Below, one piece after another: positions 12,342 to 25,033 of a stretch of DNA of 64,000 bases. Positions within the stretch are counted from its first letter, which is position 1; each line of letters opens with the position of its first letter. The stretch is from NCBI GenBank assembly GCA_964016885.1, contig OZ024766.1:18910001-18974000 (forward strand), written 5' to 3'. A model generated the notes under the pieces. The model made no database searches, had not been told where the DNA came from, and saw nothing but the letters and a program-made list of their open reading frames with translations. Position numbers and translations under genes: made by a program. Source of the DNA: Eledone cirrhosa. Taxonomy: Eukaryota.

Positions 12342-13530
12342 AGGAGACAGCTGGTATGGATATGTGGTGTGTATGGATGGTGATTGTTGGGTGAATAAGT
12401 GTCAGGAGTTCCCAGTGGAAGGAAGCTGATGTAGAGGAAGACCTGGGCAGAGAGGAGACTGCACTGATATAGACATGTGGTGTGTATGGATGGTGATTGT
12501 TGGGTGAAGAAGTGTCAGGAGTTCCCAGTGGAAGGAAGCTGCAGTAGAGGAAGACCTGGGTATAAGAGGAATCAGATGTAGTGTGTAGGAGAGGAGACTG
12601 CACTGGTATAGACATGTGGTGTGTATGGATGGTGATTGTTGGGTGAAGAAGTGTCAGGAGTTCCCAGTGGAAGGAAGCTGCAGTAGAGGAAGACCTGGGT
12701 ATAAGAGGAGACTGCACTGGTATAGACATGTGGTGTGTATGGATGGTGACTGTTGGGTGAAGAAGTGTCAGGAGTTCCCAGTGGAAGGAAGCTGCAGTAG
12801 AGGAAGACCTGGGTATAAGAGGAATCAGATGTAGTGTGTAGGAGAGGAGACTGCACTGGTATAGACATGTGGTGTGTATGGATGGTGGTTGTTGGGTGAA
12901 GAAGTGTCAGGAGTTCCCAGTGGAAGGAAGCTGCAGTAGAGGAAGACCTGGGTATAAGAGGAATCAGATGTAGTTTGTAGGAGAGGAGACTGCACTGGTA
13001 TAGACATGTGGTGTGTATGGATGGTGGTTGTTGGGTGAAGAAGTGTCAGGAGTTCCCAGTGGAAGGAAGCTGCAGTAGAGGAAGACCTGGGTATAAGAGG
13101 AATCAGATGTAGTTTGTAGGAGAGGAGACTGCACTGGTATAGACATGTGGTGTGTATGGATGGTGATTGTTGGGTGAAGAAGTGTCAGGAGTTCCCAGTG
13201 GAAGGAAGCTGCAGTAGAGGAAGACCTGGGTATAAGAGGAATCAGATGTAGTTTGTAGGAGAGGAGACTGCACTGGTATAGACATGTGGTGTGTATGGAT
13301 GGTGGTTGTTGGGTGAAGAAGTGTCAGGAGTTCCCAGTGGAAGGAAGCTGCAGTAGAGGAAGACCTGGGTATAAGAGGAATCAGATGTAGTTTGTAGGAG
13401 AGGAGACTGCACTGGTATAGACATGTGGTGTGTATGGATGGTGATTGTTGGGTGAAGAAGTGTCAGGAGTTCCCAGTGGAAGGAAGCTGCAGTAGAGGAA
13501 GACCTGGGCAGAGAGAAGACTGCACTGGTG
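12342..13530 (+). repeat. 139/114-bp minisatellite derived from RTE ORF (RRLHWYRHVVCMDGDCWVKKCQEFPVEGSCSRGRP)
   Basis: Period 139 in 12810-13500 and a 114-bp variant at 12696-12810. The translation matches the RTE ends at 11359 and 39105. Confidence 0.9.
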
Positions 13531-13769
13531 TTGTTGGTGGTGTGTGTGCGCGTGCGTGCAGTGATTTGTGAGGGATGTTTACATGTCTGTTATTTCTAGC
13601 ATGTCAAACAAGTGTTCTTTAGATCTGCTACAGTGGACTGCAACCTACCTCCACCCTCACACCTGTCAGATAACCAAATAACCTCTACACCCTCCCCCAC
13701 CTCATGTGAAAGGTGACTCAGTCCATTTAATACCCCCCCCCCCACCTTCTCTAGACACCTCTCCATCCT

Positions 13770-14236
13770 GGACCAACACCACTACCAACCACCAATACCA
13801 CTACAACCATCACTACCACCAATACCACCACCATCACCACCAGTACTACCACCACCAACACCAACACACAACCACCACAATCCCCACCCCAACACCACCA
13901 CTACAACACTACCAACACCACCACCACCACACCACCACCATGATCACGACCACCACTACCACCATCACCACCACCACTACTACTACACCAACACAACACC
14001 AATACCACCACCACCACCACCACTACAACACCAACATCACCACTACTACAACACCAACACCACCACCACAACACCAACACCACTACTACAACACCAACAT
14101 CACCAACACCACCACTACTACAACACCAACCACCAATACCACCAACACCACCACCACCTATAACCCCCCCCCCCACTATGTGTGTAAAATACATCAAAGA
14201 CAAGTGTTTGTGGGGTGGGGTGAGTAGGAGGTGTTA

Positions 14237-14275
<39 letters not shown>

Positions 14276-15793
14276 ACACCACCACCCTCCGCTCCCATCA
14301 CAACCACCACCACCACCACCATTACATCCATTACACCCCCTACTCACAAACACTGTTGCACACAAACACCTCCACCATTACACCACCCCTGTTGCCTACA
14401 TCCCCGCCACTACACCACACAGCCCCCTCCTCCCTATCTCTAAACTGACTCAGTGCCTCTGGCATTCCTTTGTAGTTGCTAATCTAGGGGGAACACCACC
14501 GCCGCCGCCATTATCAACACCACCACCACCACCACCACTACTACTATCACTATCAACACCACCACCACCACTATCAACACCACCACAACCACTACTACTA
14601 TCAACACCACCACCACCACTACTACTATCACTATCAACACCACCACCACCACAACCACTACTACTACCACTATCACTATCAACACCACCACCACCACAAC
14701 CACTACTACTACCACCACCACTATCAACACCACCACAACCACTACTACTATCAACACCACCACCACCACCACTACTATCACTATCAACACCACCACCACC
14801 ACAACCACTACTACTACCACTATCACTATCAACACCACCACCACAACCACTACTACTACCACTATCACTATCAACACCACCACCACCACTACTACTACCA
14901 CTATCAACACCACCACCACCACAACCACTACTACTACCACCACCACTATCAACACCACCACAACCACTACTACTATCAACACCACCACCACCACTACTAC
15001 TATCACTATCAACACCACCACCACCACAACCACTACTACTATCACTATCAACACCACCACCACCACAACCACTACTACTACCACTATCACTATCAACACC
15101 ACCACCACCACTACTACTACCACTATCAACACCACCACCACCACAACCACTACTACTACCACCACCACTATCAACACCACCACAACCACTACTACTATCA
15201 ACACCACCACCACCACTACTACTATCACTATCAACACCACCACCACCACAACCACTACTACTATCACTATCAACACCACCACCACCACAACCACTACTAC
15301 TACCACTATCACTATCAACACCACCACCACCACTACTACTACCACTATCAACACCACCACCACCACAACCACTACTACTACCACCACCACTATCAACACC
15401 ACCACAACCACTACTACTATCAACACCACCACCACCACTACTACTATCACTATCAACACCACCACCACCACAACCACTACTACTATCACTATCAACACCA
15501 CCACCACCACAACCACTACTACTACCACTATCACTATCAACACCACCACCACCACTACTACTACCACTATCAACACCACCACCACCACAACCACTACTAC
15601 TACCACCACCACTATCAACACCACCACAACCACTACTACTATCAACACCACCACCACCACCACTACTATCACTATCAACACCACCACCACCACCACTACT
15701 ACTACCACCACCACCACTATCAACACCACCACCACCACCACCACTATCAACGCCACCACAACCACTACTACTACCACTATCACTATCAACACC

Positions 15794-15824
<31 letters not shown>

Positions 15825-16800
15825 TCAACACCACCACCACTACTACTATCACTATCAACACCACCACCACCACCACTACTACTACTACCACTATCACTAT
15901 CAACACCACCACCACCACTACTACTACCACTATCACTATCAACACCACCACCACCTCCACCACTATCAACACCACCACAACCACCACCACTACTACTATC
16001 ACTATCAACACCACCACCACCACTATCACCACCACCACCACCACCACCACTACTATCACTATCAACACCACCACCACCACCACCACTACCAACACCACCA
16101 CCACCACTACTACTATCACTATCAACACCACCTCCACCACTATCAACACCACCACCACCACCACTACTATCACTATCAACACCACCACCACCACTACCAC
16201 TATCACTATCAACACCACCACCACCACTACTACTATCACTATCAACACCACCTCCACCACTATCAACACCACCACCACCACCACCACTACTATCACTATC
16301 AACACCACCACCACCACTACCACTATCACTATCAACACCACCACCACCACCACTACTATCACTATCAACACCACCTCCACCACTATCAACACCACCACCA
16401 CCACCACTACTATCACTATCAACACCACCACCACTACTACTACTACTACCAACACCACTATCAACACCACCACCACTACTACCACTATCACTATCAACAC
16501 CACCACCACCACTACCAAGACCCCCACCACTACTACTACTACTATCAACACCACCACCACCATCAACACCACCACTACTATCACTATCAACACCACAATA
16601 ACCGCCACTACTATCACCACCATCACCACCATCACCACCACTACTACCAACACAACCATTATTCACCCCCACCCACACCACCAACACAACCACCACTACC
16701 AATATCACCACGACCGTCACAACCCCCCCCCCCCCCATCACCAACACAACCACCACTATCAACATCACCACCACCACCACCACTACCATCACCAACACCT
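13770..16800. repeat. (CAC/CTA/ATC)n trinucleotide-rich satellite
   Basis: ccactatcaacaccacc-type units. The Pro/Leu, Gly/Ser and Val ORFs are artefacts. Confidence 0.95.
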
Positions 16801-16849
16801 TGATAAGCAAGGCCTAGTGATAAAGGGGATAGAAGAGAGAAGATAGAAG

Positions 16850-17345
16850 ATAAACAGACAGTAGAACTACCGTAGACATACAGTAGAATTGCAGTAGATA
16901 TACAGCAGACAGGCAGTAGATATACAGCAGATATATAGAAGAACTACAGCAGACAAACAGTAGATATACAGCAGACAGACAGTAGATATACAGCAGATAT
17001 ATAGTAGAACTACAGCAGACAAACAGTAGATATACAGCAGACAGACAGTAGATATACAGCAGATATATAGTAGAACTACAGCAGACAAACAGTAGATATA
17101 CAGCAGACAGACAGTAGAACTACAGCAGATATACAGTAGAACTACAGCAGACAAACGGTAGATATACAGCAGACAGACAGTAGAACTACAGCAGACAGAC
17201 AGTAGACAGTAGAGATACAGCAGACAGATAGTAGAACTACAGCAGACAGATAGTAGAACTACAGCAGACAAACAGCAGATATACAGCAGACAAACAGTAG
17301 ATATACAGCAGACAAACAGTAGATATACAGCAGACAGACAGTAGT
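16850..17345. repeat. cagacagtagatatacag-type minisatellite
   Basis: Directly visible. Confidence 0.9.
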
Positions 17346-17477
17346 CACAAAAATGCGTGGCAAAAGTGTACAAAGGTGACTAAGGAATGGACAAAAGTCA
17401 AGACGGCAGAGTTGAATATTTAGAACACAAGAGATGTCACTACCACATCAGTCGTAACTCAGTTACTGACGAGACAC

Positions 17478-18015
17478 AACAAGAAGAAAAGAAGAAAAAG
17501 AAAGGAAAAAGAGGAAAAAGAAGAAAAAGAGAGGAAAAAGAAGAAAAAGAAAAAGAAAAGATAAAGAAAATCGAAAAACAAGAAAAAGAAAGGAAAAACA
17601 AGAAAAAGGAAAAAGAGGAAAAAGAAGAAAAAGAAAGAAAAGATAAAGAAAATCGAAAAAGAAGAAAAAGAGGAAAAAGAAGAAAAAGAAAAAGAAAAGA
17701 TAAAGAAAATCGAAAAACAAGAAAAAGAAAGGAAAAACAAGAAAAAGGAAAAAGAGGAAAAAGAAGAAAAAGAAAGAAAAGATAAAGAAAATCGAAAAAG
17801 AAGAAAAAGAGGAAAAAGAAGAAAAAGAAAAAGAAAAGATAAAGAAAATCGAAAAACAAGAAAAAGAAAGGAAAAACAAGAAAAAGGAAAAAGAGGAAAA
17901 AGAAGAAAAAGAAAGAAAAGATAAAGAAAATCGAAAAAGAAGAAAAAGAAGAAAAAGAGGAAAAAGAAAAAGAAGAGATAAAGAAAATCGAAAAACAAGA
18001 AAAAGAAGAAGAGAA
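17478..18015. repeat. Polypurine (GAAAA-rich) tract with a 139-bp higher-order period
   Basis: tcgaaaaaca recurs at 17571, 17710, 17849 and 17988. Confidence 0.9.
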
Positions 18016-18164
18016 TATAGAAATGTTAACAAAATTATTTTACATTTATTTAGACCAGAGGTTCTCATAGGGGGCGCTACTGCCTCCCTACCTCTCCCGG
18101 TTGAGAAGGTCCAAAGGGCCTAAGTGGGTGGTGGTGGTGGGATGTTGTTAATTTATTATTTGGA

Positions 18165-18545
18165 TAGGCAGTATCGGTTGAGGGTCAGACGCCATGCTTT
18201 GACGCATAGAGTTACGTCCCTTGCCTTTCATCCTTACGAGGGGTCGATGAAATAAAATACCAGTAATACACTGGGGTAATTGCTGGCCTTGTGCCCAAGG
18301 TAGAAACAATTATTACAGGGTTGATAAAATAAAGTACCAGTAATACACTGAGGGTAATTGCTGGCCTTGTACCCAAAATAGAAACAATTATTTATTCAAA
18401 GAGTCGGACGCCATGCTTTGCAGCAAAGAGCTACGGCCCTTTATGATCTGAGTTCAAATCCCGCCGAGGTTAACTTTGCCTTTCATCCTTATGGGGTCGA
18501 TAAAATAAAGTACCAGTAATACACTGGGATAATTGCTGGCCTTTT
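18165..18545 (+). mobile_element. SINE family M, three partial tandem copies
   Basis: gagttcaaatcc B-box-like motif; body gcctttcatccttacggggtcgataaaataaagtaccag; tail ggccttgtgcctaaagtagaaacaatt. The same family occurs at 24820 and 63395. Confidence 0.75.
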
Positions 18546-18553
18546 ATAAATTC

Positions 18554-18625
18554 ATTGGGTCGTCAAGTAAGACATTTGTAGAAAACAAAACAAATTTCTA
18601 CAAATTTCGTACTTCACGACCCAAT
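18554..18625. mobile_element. 72-bp hairpin, probable Tc1/mariner-type micro-MITE
   Basis: 31-bp imperfect inverted repeat attgggtcgtcaagtaagacatttgtagaaa / tttctacaaatttcgtacttcacgacccaat around a 10-nt spacer. Confidence 0.55.
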
Positions 18626-18662
18626 ATACTATAATAAATGTTTCTACTATAGGCACAAGGCC

Positions 18663-20619
18663 TCTGGAAACAGCTGTGGGAGCGCTGAGGGTATTACGAG
18701 GCTGTGAGGGGCTGGAGGGCTTGGCAGAGAAGGGGGTGTACGTGAGCCCGAAAGATTTGAGAAACTCTGGAAACAGCTGTGGGAGCGCTGAGGGTATTAC
18801 GAGGCTGTGAGGGGCTGGAGGGCTTGGCCGAGAAGGGGGTGTACGTGAGCCCGAAAGATTTGAGAAACTCTGGAAACAGCTGTGGGAGCGCTGAGGGTAT
18901 TACGAGGCTGTGAGGGGCTGGAGGGGTTGGCAGAGAAGGGGGTGTACGTGAGCCCGAAAGATTTGAGAAACTCTGGAAACAGCGGTGGGAGTGCTGAGGG
19001 TATTACGAGGCTGTGAGGGGCTGGAGGGATTGGGGGTGTACGTGGGGCCCGGAAAGATTTGAGAACCTCTGGAAACAGCGGTGGGAGCGCTGAGGGTATT
19101 ACGAGGCTGTGAGGGGCAGGAGGGATTGGGAGGGTGTACGTGGGGTCCCGAAAGATTTGAGATTTGGGAACAGCGGTGGAGGGCGCTGAGGGTATTACGA
19201 GGCTGTGAGGGGCAGGAGGGGTTGGGGGGTGTACGTGGGGCCCCGAAAGATTTGAGAACCTCTGGAAACAGTGGTGGGAGCGCTGAGGGTATTACGAGGC
19301 TGTGAGGGGCAGGAGGGATTGGGGGGTGTACGTGGGGCCCCGAAAGATTTGAGATTTGGAGGGCGCTGAGGGTATTACGAGGCTGTGAGGGGCTGGAGGG
19401 ATTGGGGGATGTACGTGGAGCCCCGAAAGATTTGAGATTTGGAGGGCGCTGAGGGTATTACGAGGCTGTGAGCGGCTGGAGGGATTGGGGGATGTACGTG
19501 GGGCCCCGAAAGATTTGAGATTTGGAGGGCGCTGAGGGTATTACAAGGCTGTGAGGGGCTGGAGGGATTGGGGGATGTACGTGGGGCCCCGAAAGATTTG
19601 AGATTTGGAGGGCGCTGAGGGTATTACAAGGCTGTGAGGGGCTGGAGGGATTGGGGGATGTACGTGGGGCCCCGAAAGATTTGAGATTTGGAGGGCGCTG
19701 AGGGTATTACAAGGCTGTGAGGGGCTGGAGGGATTGGGGGATGTACGTGGGGCCCCGAAAGATTTGAGATTTGGAGGGCGCTGAGGGTATTACGAGGCTG
19801 TGAGGGGCTGGAGGGATTGGGGGATGTACGTGGGGCCCCGAAAGATTTGAGATTTGGAGGGCGCTGAGGGTATTACAAGGCTGTGAGGGGCTGGAGGGAT
19901 TGGGGGATGTACGTGGGGCCCCGAAAGATTTGAGATTTGGAGGGCGCTGAGGGTATTACGAGGCTGTGAGGGGCTGGAGGGATTGGGGGATGTACGTGGG
20001 GCCCCGAAAGATTTGAGATTTGGAGGGCGCTGAGGGTATTACAAGGCTGTGAGGGGCTGGAGGGGTTGGGGGGTGTACGTGGGGCCCCGAAAGATTTGAG
20101 ATTTGGGAACAGCAGTGGGAGCGCTGAGGGTATTACGAGGCTGTGAGGGGCTGGAGGGATTGGGGGATGTACGTGGGGCCCCGAAAGATTTGAGATTTGG
20201 AGGGCGCTGAGGGTATTACAAGGCTGTGAGGGGCTGGAGGGATTGGGGGATGTACGTGGGGCCCCGAAAGATTTGAGATTTGGAGGGCGCTGAGGGTATT
20301 ACAAGGCTGTGAGGGGCTGGAGGGATTGGGGGATGTACGTGGGGCCCCGAAAGATTTGAGATTTGGAGGGCGCTGAGGGTATTACAAGGCTGTGAGGGGC
20401 TGGAGGGATTGGGGGATGTACGTGGGGCCCCGAAAGATTTGAGATTTGGAGGGCGCTGAGGGTATTACAAGGCTGTGAGGGGCTGGAGGGATTGGGGGAT
20501 GTACGTGGGGCCCCGAAAGATTTGAGATTTGGAGGGCGCTGAGGGTATTACAAGGCTGTGAGGGGCTGGAGGGATTGGGGGATGTACGTGGGGCCCCCCG
20601 AAAGATTTGAGAACCTCTA
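18663..20619. repeat. G-rich 103-bp to 83-bp minisatellite derived from the hAT right end
   Basis: Period 103 (18663, 18766, 18869, 18972), then 83 (19441, 19524...). Early units retain ttgagaa(a/c)ctctg. Confidence 0.9.
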
Positions 20620-20672
20620 GTTTAGACAGACAGACACAACTGATCAAGGTTAACAATGGAACGCCCACTTAC

Positions 20673-23600
20673 TTGTTGAACAGGTTCAGTCCAATTCTGT
20701 ACAGCCTCTTGCGCTCCTTGTCCCCGATCCTCGACGTCACGTGCTGGTCCGGGGTGACGCTGATCCGGATCTTCCGCTGGTAGCTGATGCTGTTCTCGCT
20801 ACTCCCGCCGATGCTCACGTTCTCCGAACTCACGTTGTCCGAGCTCGGGCTGCTCGAGCACTGGCCGTCGACGCTCTCCGGCTCGCTCGTCTCCGAGATG
20901 TTGCTCATCCGCTTCACCTCCCCGGCGCCGCCGCCGCCGCCGCCGACCACCGCGCTGCCCAGCCCCCCCACAACTCCCCCGACGGGCGCCACGCCGCCGG
21001 GAGCGACCGCCACGACGCCGCCGCCGCCGCCCTTGTTCATCATCGCCGCCGCGCAGCCGCCCATCACGCCGACGCCCCCCGCGGCGGCCGCGGCCGCCAC
21101 CGCCGCCACCGTCGGCGCGGACGGCGCGCCCGACGACGCGCCGCCGATCCCACCAACAACGCCACCGCCAACGCCGCTCTTCCGCTTCCAGATCGGAGAC
21201 GCCTCGGGGGCGCCGCCGCCGCCGCCCCCTCCTCCACCGCCGCCACCACCACTGCCACACCGGTGGTGGTGGTGCGAGTGGTGGTGGTGGTGGTGTTGGT
21301 GGTGTTGCTGCTGCTGCTTGCCACTCCCGCCGGCCGCCGCGTTCGTGGCGGCGCCGCCGGCGGCGAGCTGCGGCGGGGGCGGCGGCGGCACGCTCCCCGT
21401 CGTCACGCCGCCGCCGCCTCCCCGTGATTTCCCTTTCGTGTTCGTGTAGAACTTTATCGTCGGCTCCTCCGCCGCCGCGTTGCCCAGCAACGAGCCCCTC
21501 CGGTCCCCGAGGCCCGTGTCCTCCGGGGACGCCAGGTCCACCTTGATTTGAACCTCAGACGACGACGGCTGCTGCTGCTGCTGCCGCGGTGACGACGACG
21601 CCGTCGCCGTCACCGTTGCCGTCGTCGTCGTGGAAACGGCGGGAGGGTCCAACTCCATGGAGGAGAGGGGCGAGAGGCCGGCCGCCGACGACGAGCCGCC
21701 CGGCGGCCTCTGATGGTGGTGGTGGTGGTGGTGCCCCGCCGCCGCCAACGACCCAGTCGCAACGACCCCGCCGCCGCCGGCGCTGTCCTGGATGCTGCCG
21801 TCGCTGTGCACGCTGTCGCTGTGGAAACTGTCGCTAAGGATGTCAGTCTCTTTGCTCTCGAGGAGATTCTCGAAGTCGAGGCTGTGCAGGTCGACGGCGC
21901 TCTCCACGGGGGTCGCCTGGGGGGAGTCGCTGGCGCTACTGTCGTTCAGCTCCGGGTAGGAGTTGCGGTTGTTGTTCGGCTCCTGTGTCGCAGCGACGCC
22001 GCCGCCGCCGCCGCCAGGGGTCGCCGTTGTTGTTGTTGTCGTCACGGCCCCCGCTCCGCCGCCGCCGACGATCGTCACCGACGACGACGACGACGACGAC
22101 ACGGATCCCCCCTGGCACACTGCCGCGGCAGGGGCGGCGTTCTGTCGACGGCTGTTACTGCTGCCCGTCACACCGCAGCAAGTGGCGGCGGCCGGGGAGC
22201 CGCTGCTCCCGCCGACGCCCGTCTGCTGCAGCTGCGCTTTGCCGCTGTAGTTACCTCCCTTCTCCGCCGTGCCGCTCTTCTCTCCACCGCCGCCGCTGCT
22301 GTTATCACCGAGGCCCTTCGCCGACGGCCCCCGCCTCTCGTACTCCGCCTCGCCGCCCGCCTCCTCCTCCTCCTCTTCTTCTTCTTCCTCCTCCTCCTCT
22401 TCTTCCTCTTCCTCCATCACGTTCTCACTCAGGTCAATTTCCGCCGCCCTCTCCAGCCTCCTCTTCTCCTTCCTCAGCATCTGCTGCTGCTGCTGATGCT
22501 GCTGCGCCGTGCGCCACAGACGCTCCTCAGCCTTCAGCGACGCCGCCGACGACAACGCCGACGACGTCGTCGCGTCCAGCGTCTGCTGGTGGTGCAACCG
22601 GTTGTCCAGGTTCTTCCGGGCCTCGATCTCCGCGATCCGCTTCCTCACGCTCTCCGACTTCTCCTGCTCCAGCAGCAACAGCTTCTGCTGCTTCGCCGAC
22701 ACCACCGTGCCTCCGCCTCCCAGCGCCAGGGACGGCGCCACCCCCTCGCAGCCAGCTGCGACGAGCGACACCTTCCCTCCCGCGACGGCGGACGTCGCCG
22801 CCGCCAACGACGACAACGCCGCTCCGGTCCCGACGCCGCCGGCCACGATCCCGCACCCACCGCCGCCACCGCCACCAGTCAGGGCGCCGGCCATCGCCAT
22901 CGCGGCCACCGTCGCCATCGACGTCGCCGCCGCGCCGCCGGACTGCTGCTGCTGATGCTGGTGGTGGTGTTGCGTCATCATGTCGCAGCTGATCCTGTCC
23001 GTCCACACCGTGTTGCTGCGGCCCAGCTCCGACAGCCGCTTCGAGAGCCGGCGCTCGCCGACGGAGTTGCGCAGCTTCTCGAAGTTCTTGTTCATGCAGT
23101 GCTTGCGAAACGCCCGCTGGATGACCCGCGCCGCCCTCCGCGCCCTTATCGTGCCGCCGTACTTCCTCTCCAGCATCTCCAGCTGCTTCTCCTGCAGGTC
23201 TTGCGACAGCTCGTACGAGCTGGAGTGCACCCGCGACCTCTTGATCAGCTCATCGTCCGTGCGCTTGAACGATCGCTGCCTCTGCACCTGCTGTCGCTGC
23301 GCCTGGCTGCACGCTCCGCCCGTCACCGACATCAGTCCGGCCGCGCCGCCCAGTCCGCCTCCACCGCCAGTCAACGAGTTCTGGCTGGTGAGTTTCGGAC
23401 GGCCACCTCCTCCGCCGCCTCCTCCGCCGCCTCCTCCTAAACTGCCATTCGAAGACGAAGAGGACACGACCCCCACCACCGAACCAAGAGGCGCGGTGTT
23501 GCTGCAACTGTTGCTGGTTGTGCTGGTGGTGGTGGTGGTGGTGGTGGTGTGGCCAGCGCTGTTTGGCCCGCTCGAGATTTTCGTATTGCCGATGATGGAA

Positions 23601-23906
23601 TTGGTGGTGGTGTTGGTGTTGTTGTTGGTGGTGGTGTTGGTGTTGTTGTTGTTGTTGGTGGTGGTGTTGGTGGTGGTGGTGATGGTGGCAATGGTGGTGG
23701 TGGTGGTGGTGACAGAAGCTACGCTGTTCAGGCTAATTTTGCCGCTGCCTCCACCACCACCACCACCCAGTCCTGGCGGCAGGGGTGGTACTGTTGTTGT
23801 TGTTGTCGACGGCGGCGGTGTAGTGTTGTTAGCAGTGGTGGTGGTGGTCGTGTTTGGATTCGGTTTCTTGCGTGGAATGTCCTCATCCAATCGGCTACTT
23901 GGAACA
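20673..23906 (-). CDS. IQSEC: Large internal coding exon (3234 bp, phase 2-2) of an IQ motif and Sec7 domain Arf-GEF (IQSEC/BRAG/schizo family)
   Basis: Conserved IKRSR...[24 protein letters not shown]-like motif [24 protein letters not shown], and Sec7 start [14 protein letters not shown]. Acceptor ttctcttgtgttttccAG (AG at 23908-23907); donor AA|GTAAGT (20672-20667). The ORF-track 'Met' start and TAA stop lie in introns. Confidence 0.93.
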
Positions 23907-23959
23907 CTGGAAAACACAAGAGAAAAAGAAAAAATATATATATATATATATATATATAT

Positions 23960-24131
23960 ACAAATGACGTAGGACAGAAGAAAGGAAAGGCACAGAAACA
24001 AAGAAAGGAATCCCCAGTCACTGAAGAGGTCACAGAGTGTGTGACGAAAGGACTATGACTATATATAAACAACTATCTGGTTGTGGAACCAACCAACCAA
24101 CCAGAAATTTATAAATTTGCAGATTTGTACA
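23960..24131 (+). mobile_element. Short hammerhead-bearing element (PLE pLTR/retrozyme-like), family H2 copy 1
   Basis: Near-identical copy at 25610-25778 and a diverged copy at 27390-27502. Flanked by a ~45-bp direct duplication ending in (AT)n. Confidence 0.65.
24016..24060 (+). ncRNA. Minimal type-I hammerhead motif, family H2
   Basis: agtca-CTGAAGA-g-gtcaca gagtg tgtgac-GAAA-ggac-TA^tgact. Confidence 0.7.
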
Positions 24132-24260
24132 CTGGAAAACACAAGAGAAAAAGAAAAAATATATATATATATATGTGTAAATGAAGTAATTCCATCGGAA
24201 AAGTCCAGGAAAAAAGAGTGCTCTATGTAGGCAACAGAGCTTAATTATTATTATATATAC

Positions 24261-24806
24261 ATGGAGGCACATGGCTTAGTGGTTAGAGCATTGGCCTTGC
24301 AATCGAAAGGTTGTGAGTTCAATTCTCAGACCGGGTGATGTGTTGTTTCCTTGAGCAAGACACTTTATTTCACATTGCTCCAGTTTACTCAGCTGTAGAA
24401 ATGAGATGATAGGGACTGCGGTCCCTATCATTCCACTGTAAAGTGGTCGTGGAGGTGCCAGGGCAAAAAAAGCACCCAGCACTCATTGTAAAGTGGTCGT
24501 GGAGGTGCCACGGCAAAAAAGCACCCAGCACTCACTGTAAAGTGGTCGTGGAGGTGCCACGGCAAAAAAGCACCCAGCACTCACTGTAAAGTGGTCGTGG
24601 AGGTGCCACGGCAAAAAAGCACCCAGCACTCACTGTGAAGTGGTCGTGGAGGCGCCACGGCAAAAAAGCACCCATCACTCACTGTAAATGAGGTTGGTGT
24701 TAGGAAGGGCATCCAGCTGTAGAAATCAAGCCAGCATCAGTTCCCGTCCCACCCTTGCAAGCAGGGAAAAGTGGACGTAAAATGAAATGAAAATGAAAAT
24801 GAAATG
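24261..24806 (+). mobile_element. Full-length tRNA-derived CORE-like SINE (family A) with 5 internal 49-bp units and an RTE-type tail
   Basis: A box tggcttagtgg (24272), B box gagttcaattc (24315), CORE-like ccttgagcaagacactt...cagtttactcagctgtagaaatgag, and tail cccttgcaagcagggaaaagtggacgtaaaat. Confidence 0.85.
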
Positions 24807-24819
24807 TAATAAACAACAA

Positions 24820-25008
24820 GGGCAGTGGATTGGCAGTATCGGTAGAGGGTCGGACGCCATGCTTTCCAGCATAGTTACGTCCCTTTACGATCTGAGTTCA
24901 AATCCCGCCGAGGTTGACTTTGCCTTTCATCCTTACGGGGTCGATAAAATAAAGTACCAGTAATGCACTGGATAATTGCTGGCCTTGTGCCTAAAGTAGA
25001 AACAATTA
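24820..25008 (+). mobile_element. SINE family M, near full-length
   Basis: tRNA-like head with gagttcaaatcc, and the same body and tail as 18165-18545. Confidence 0.75.
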
Positions 25009-25033
25009 TGTAATAAACAACATAAGGCAATTA

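Larger units (their letters stand above)
18056..20619. mobile_element. Non-autonomous hAT (Charlie-like) element, expanded by nested insertions and a terminal satellite
   Basis: Left TIR cagaggttctca (18056) and right tgagaacctcta (ends 20619). The 8-bp flanks atttagac / gtttagac match at 7/8 and resemble the Charlie NTCTAGAN target consensus. Confidence 0.7.

Noticed and set aside
14178-16810. Extensin-like, Gly/Ser-rich and poly-Val ORFs
   Set aside because: Translations of a trinucleotide satellite, open in several frames on both strands, with no splice or homology support.
17466-17490. CTGACGA...GAAA hammerhead-like words (also 43845-43875 on the minus strand and 33864-33985)
   Set aside because: No credible stem II or stem I pairing in register.
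23907-24001. N-terminal 32 aa of the 1110-aa ORF and its TAA stop at 20669
   Set aside because: Intronic: they correspond to the (AT)n/polypyrimidine tract and the GTAAGT donor.
20741-24072. Multiple plus-strand and alternate-frame ORFs over the IQSEC exon
   Set aside because: Shadow ORFs caused by high GC content; only the minus frame has family motifs.
24261-24335. Possible tRNA gene
   Set aside because: A and B boxes are present, but the sequence continues into a SINE body and recurs in several copies; it is a SINE head.
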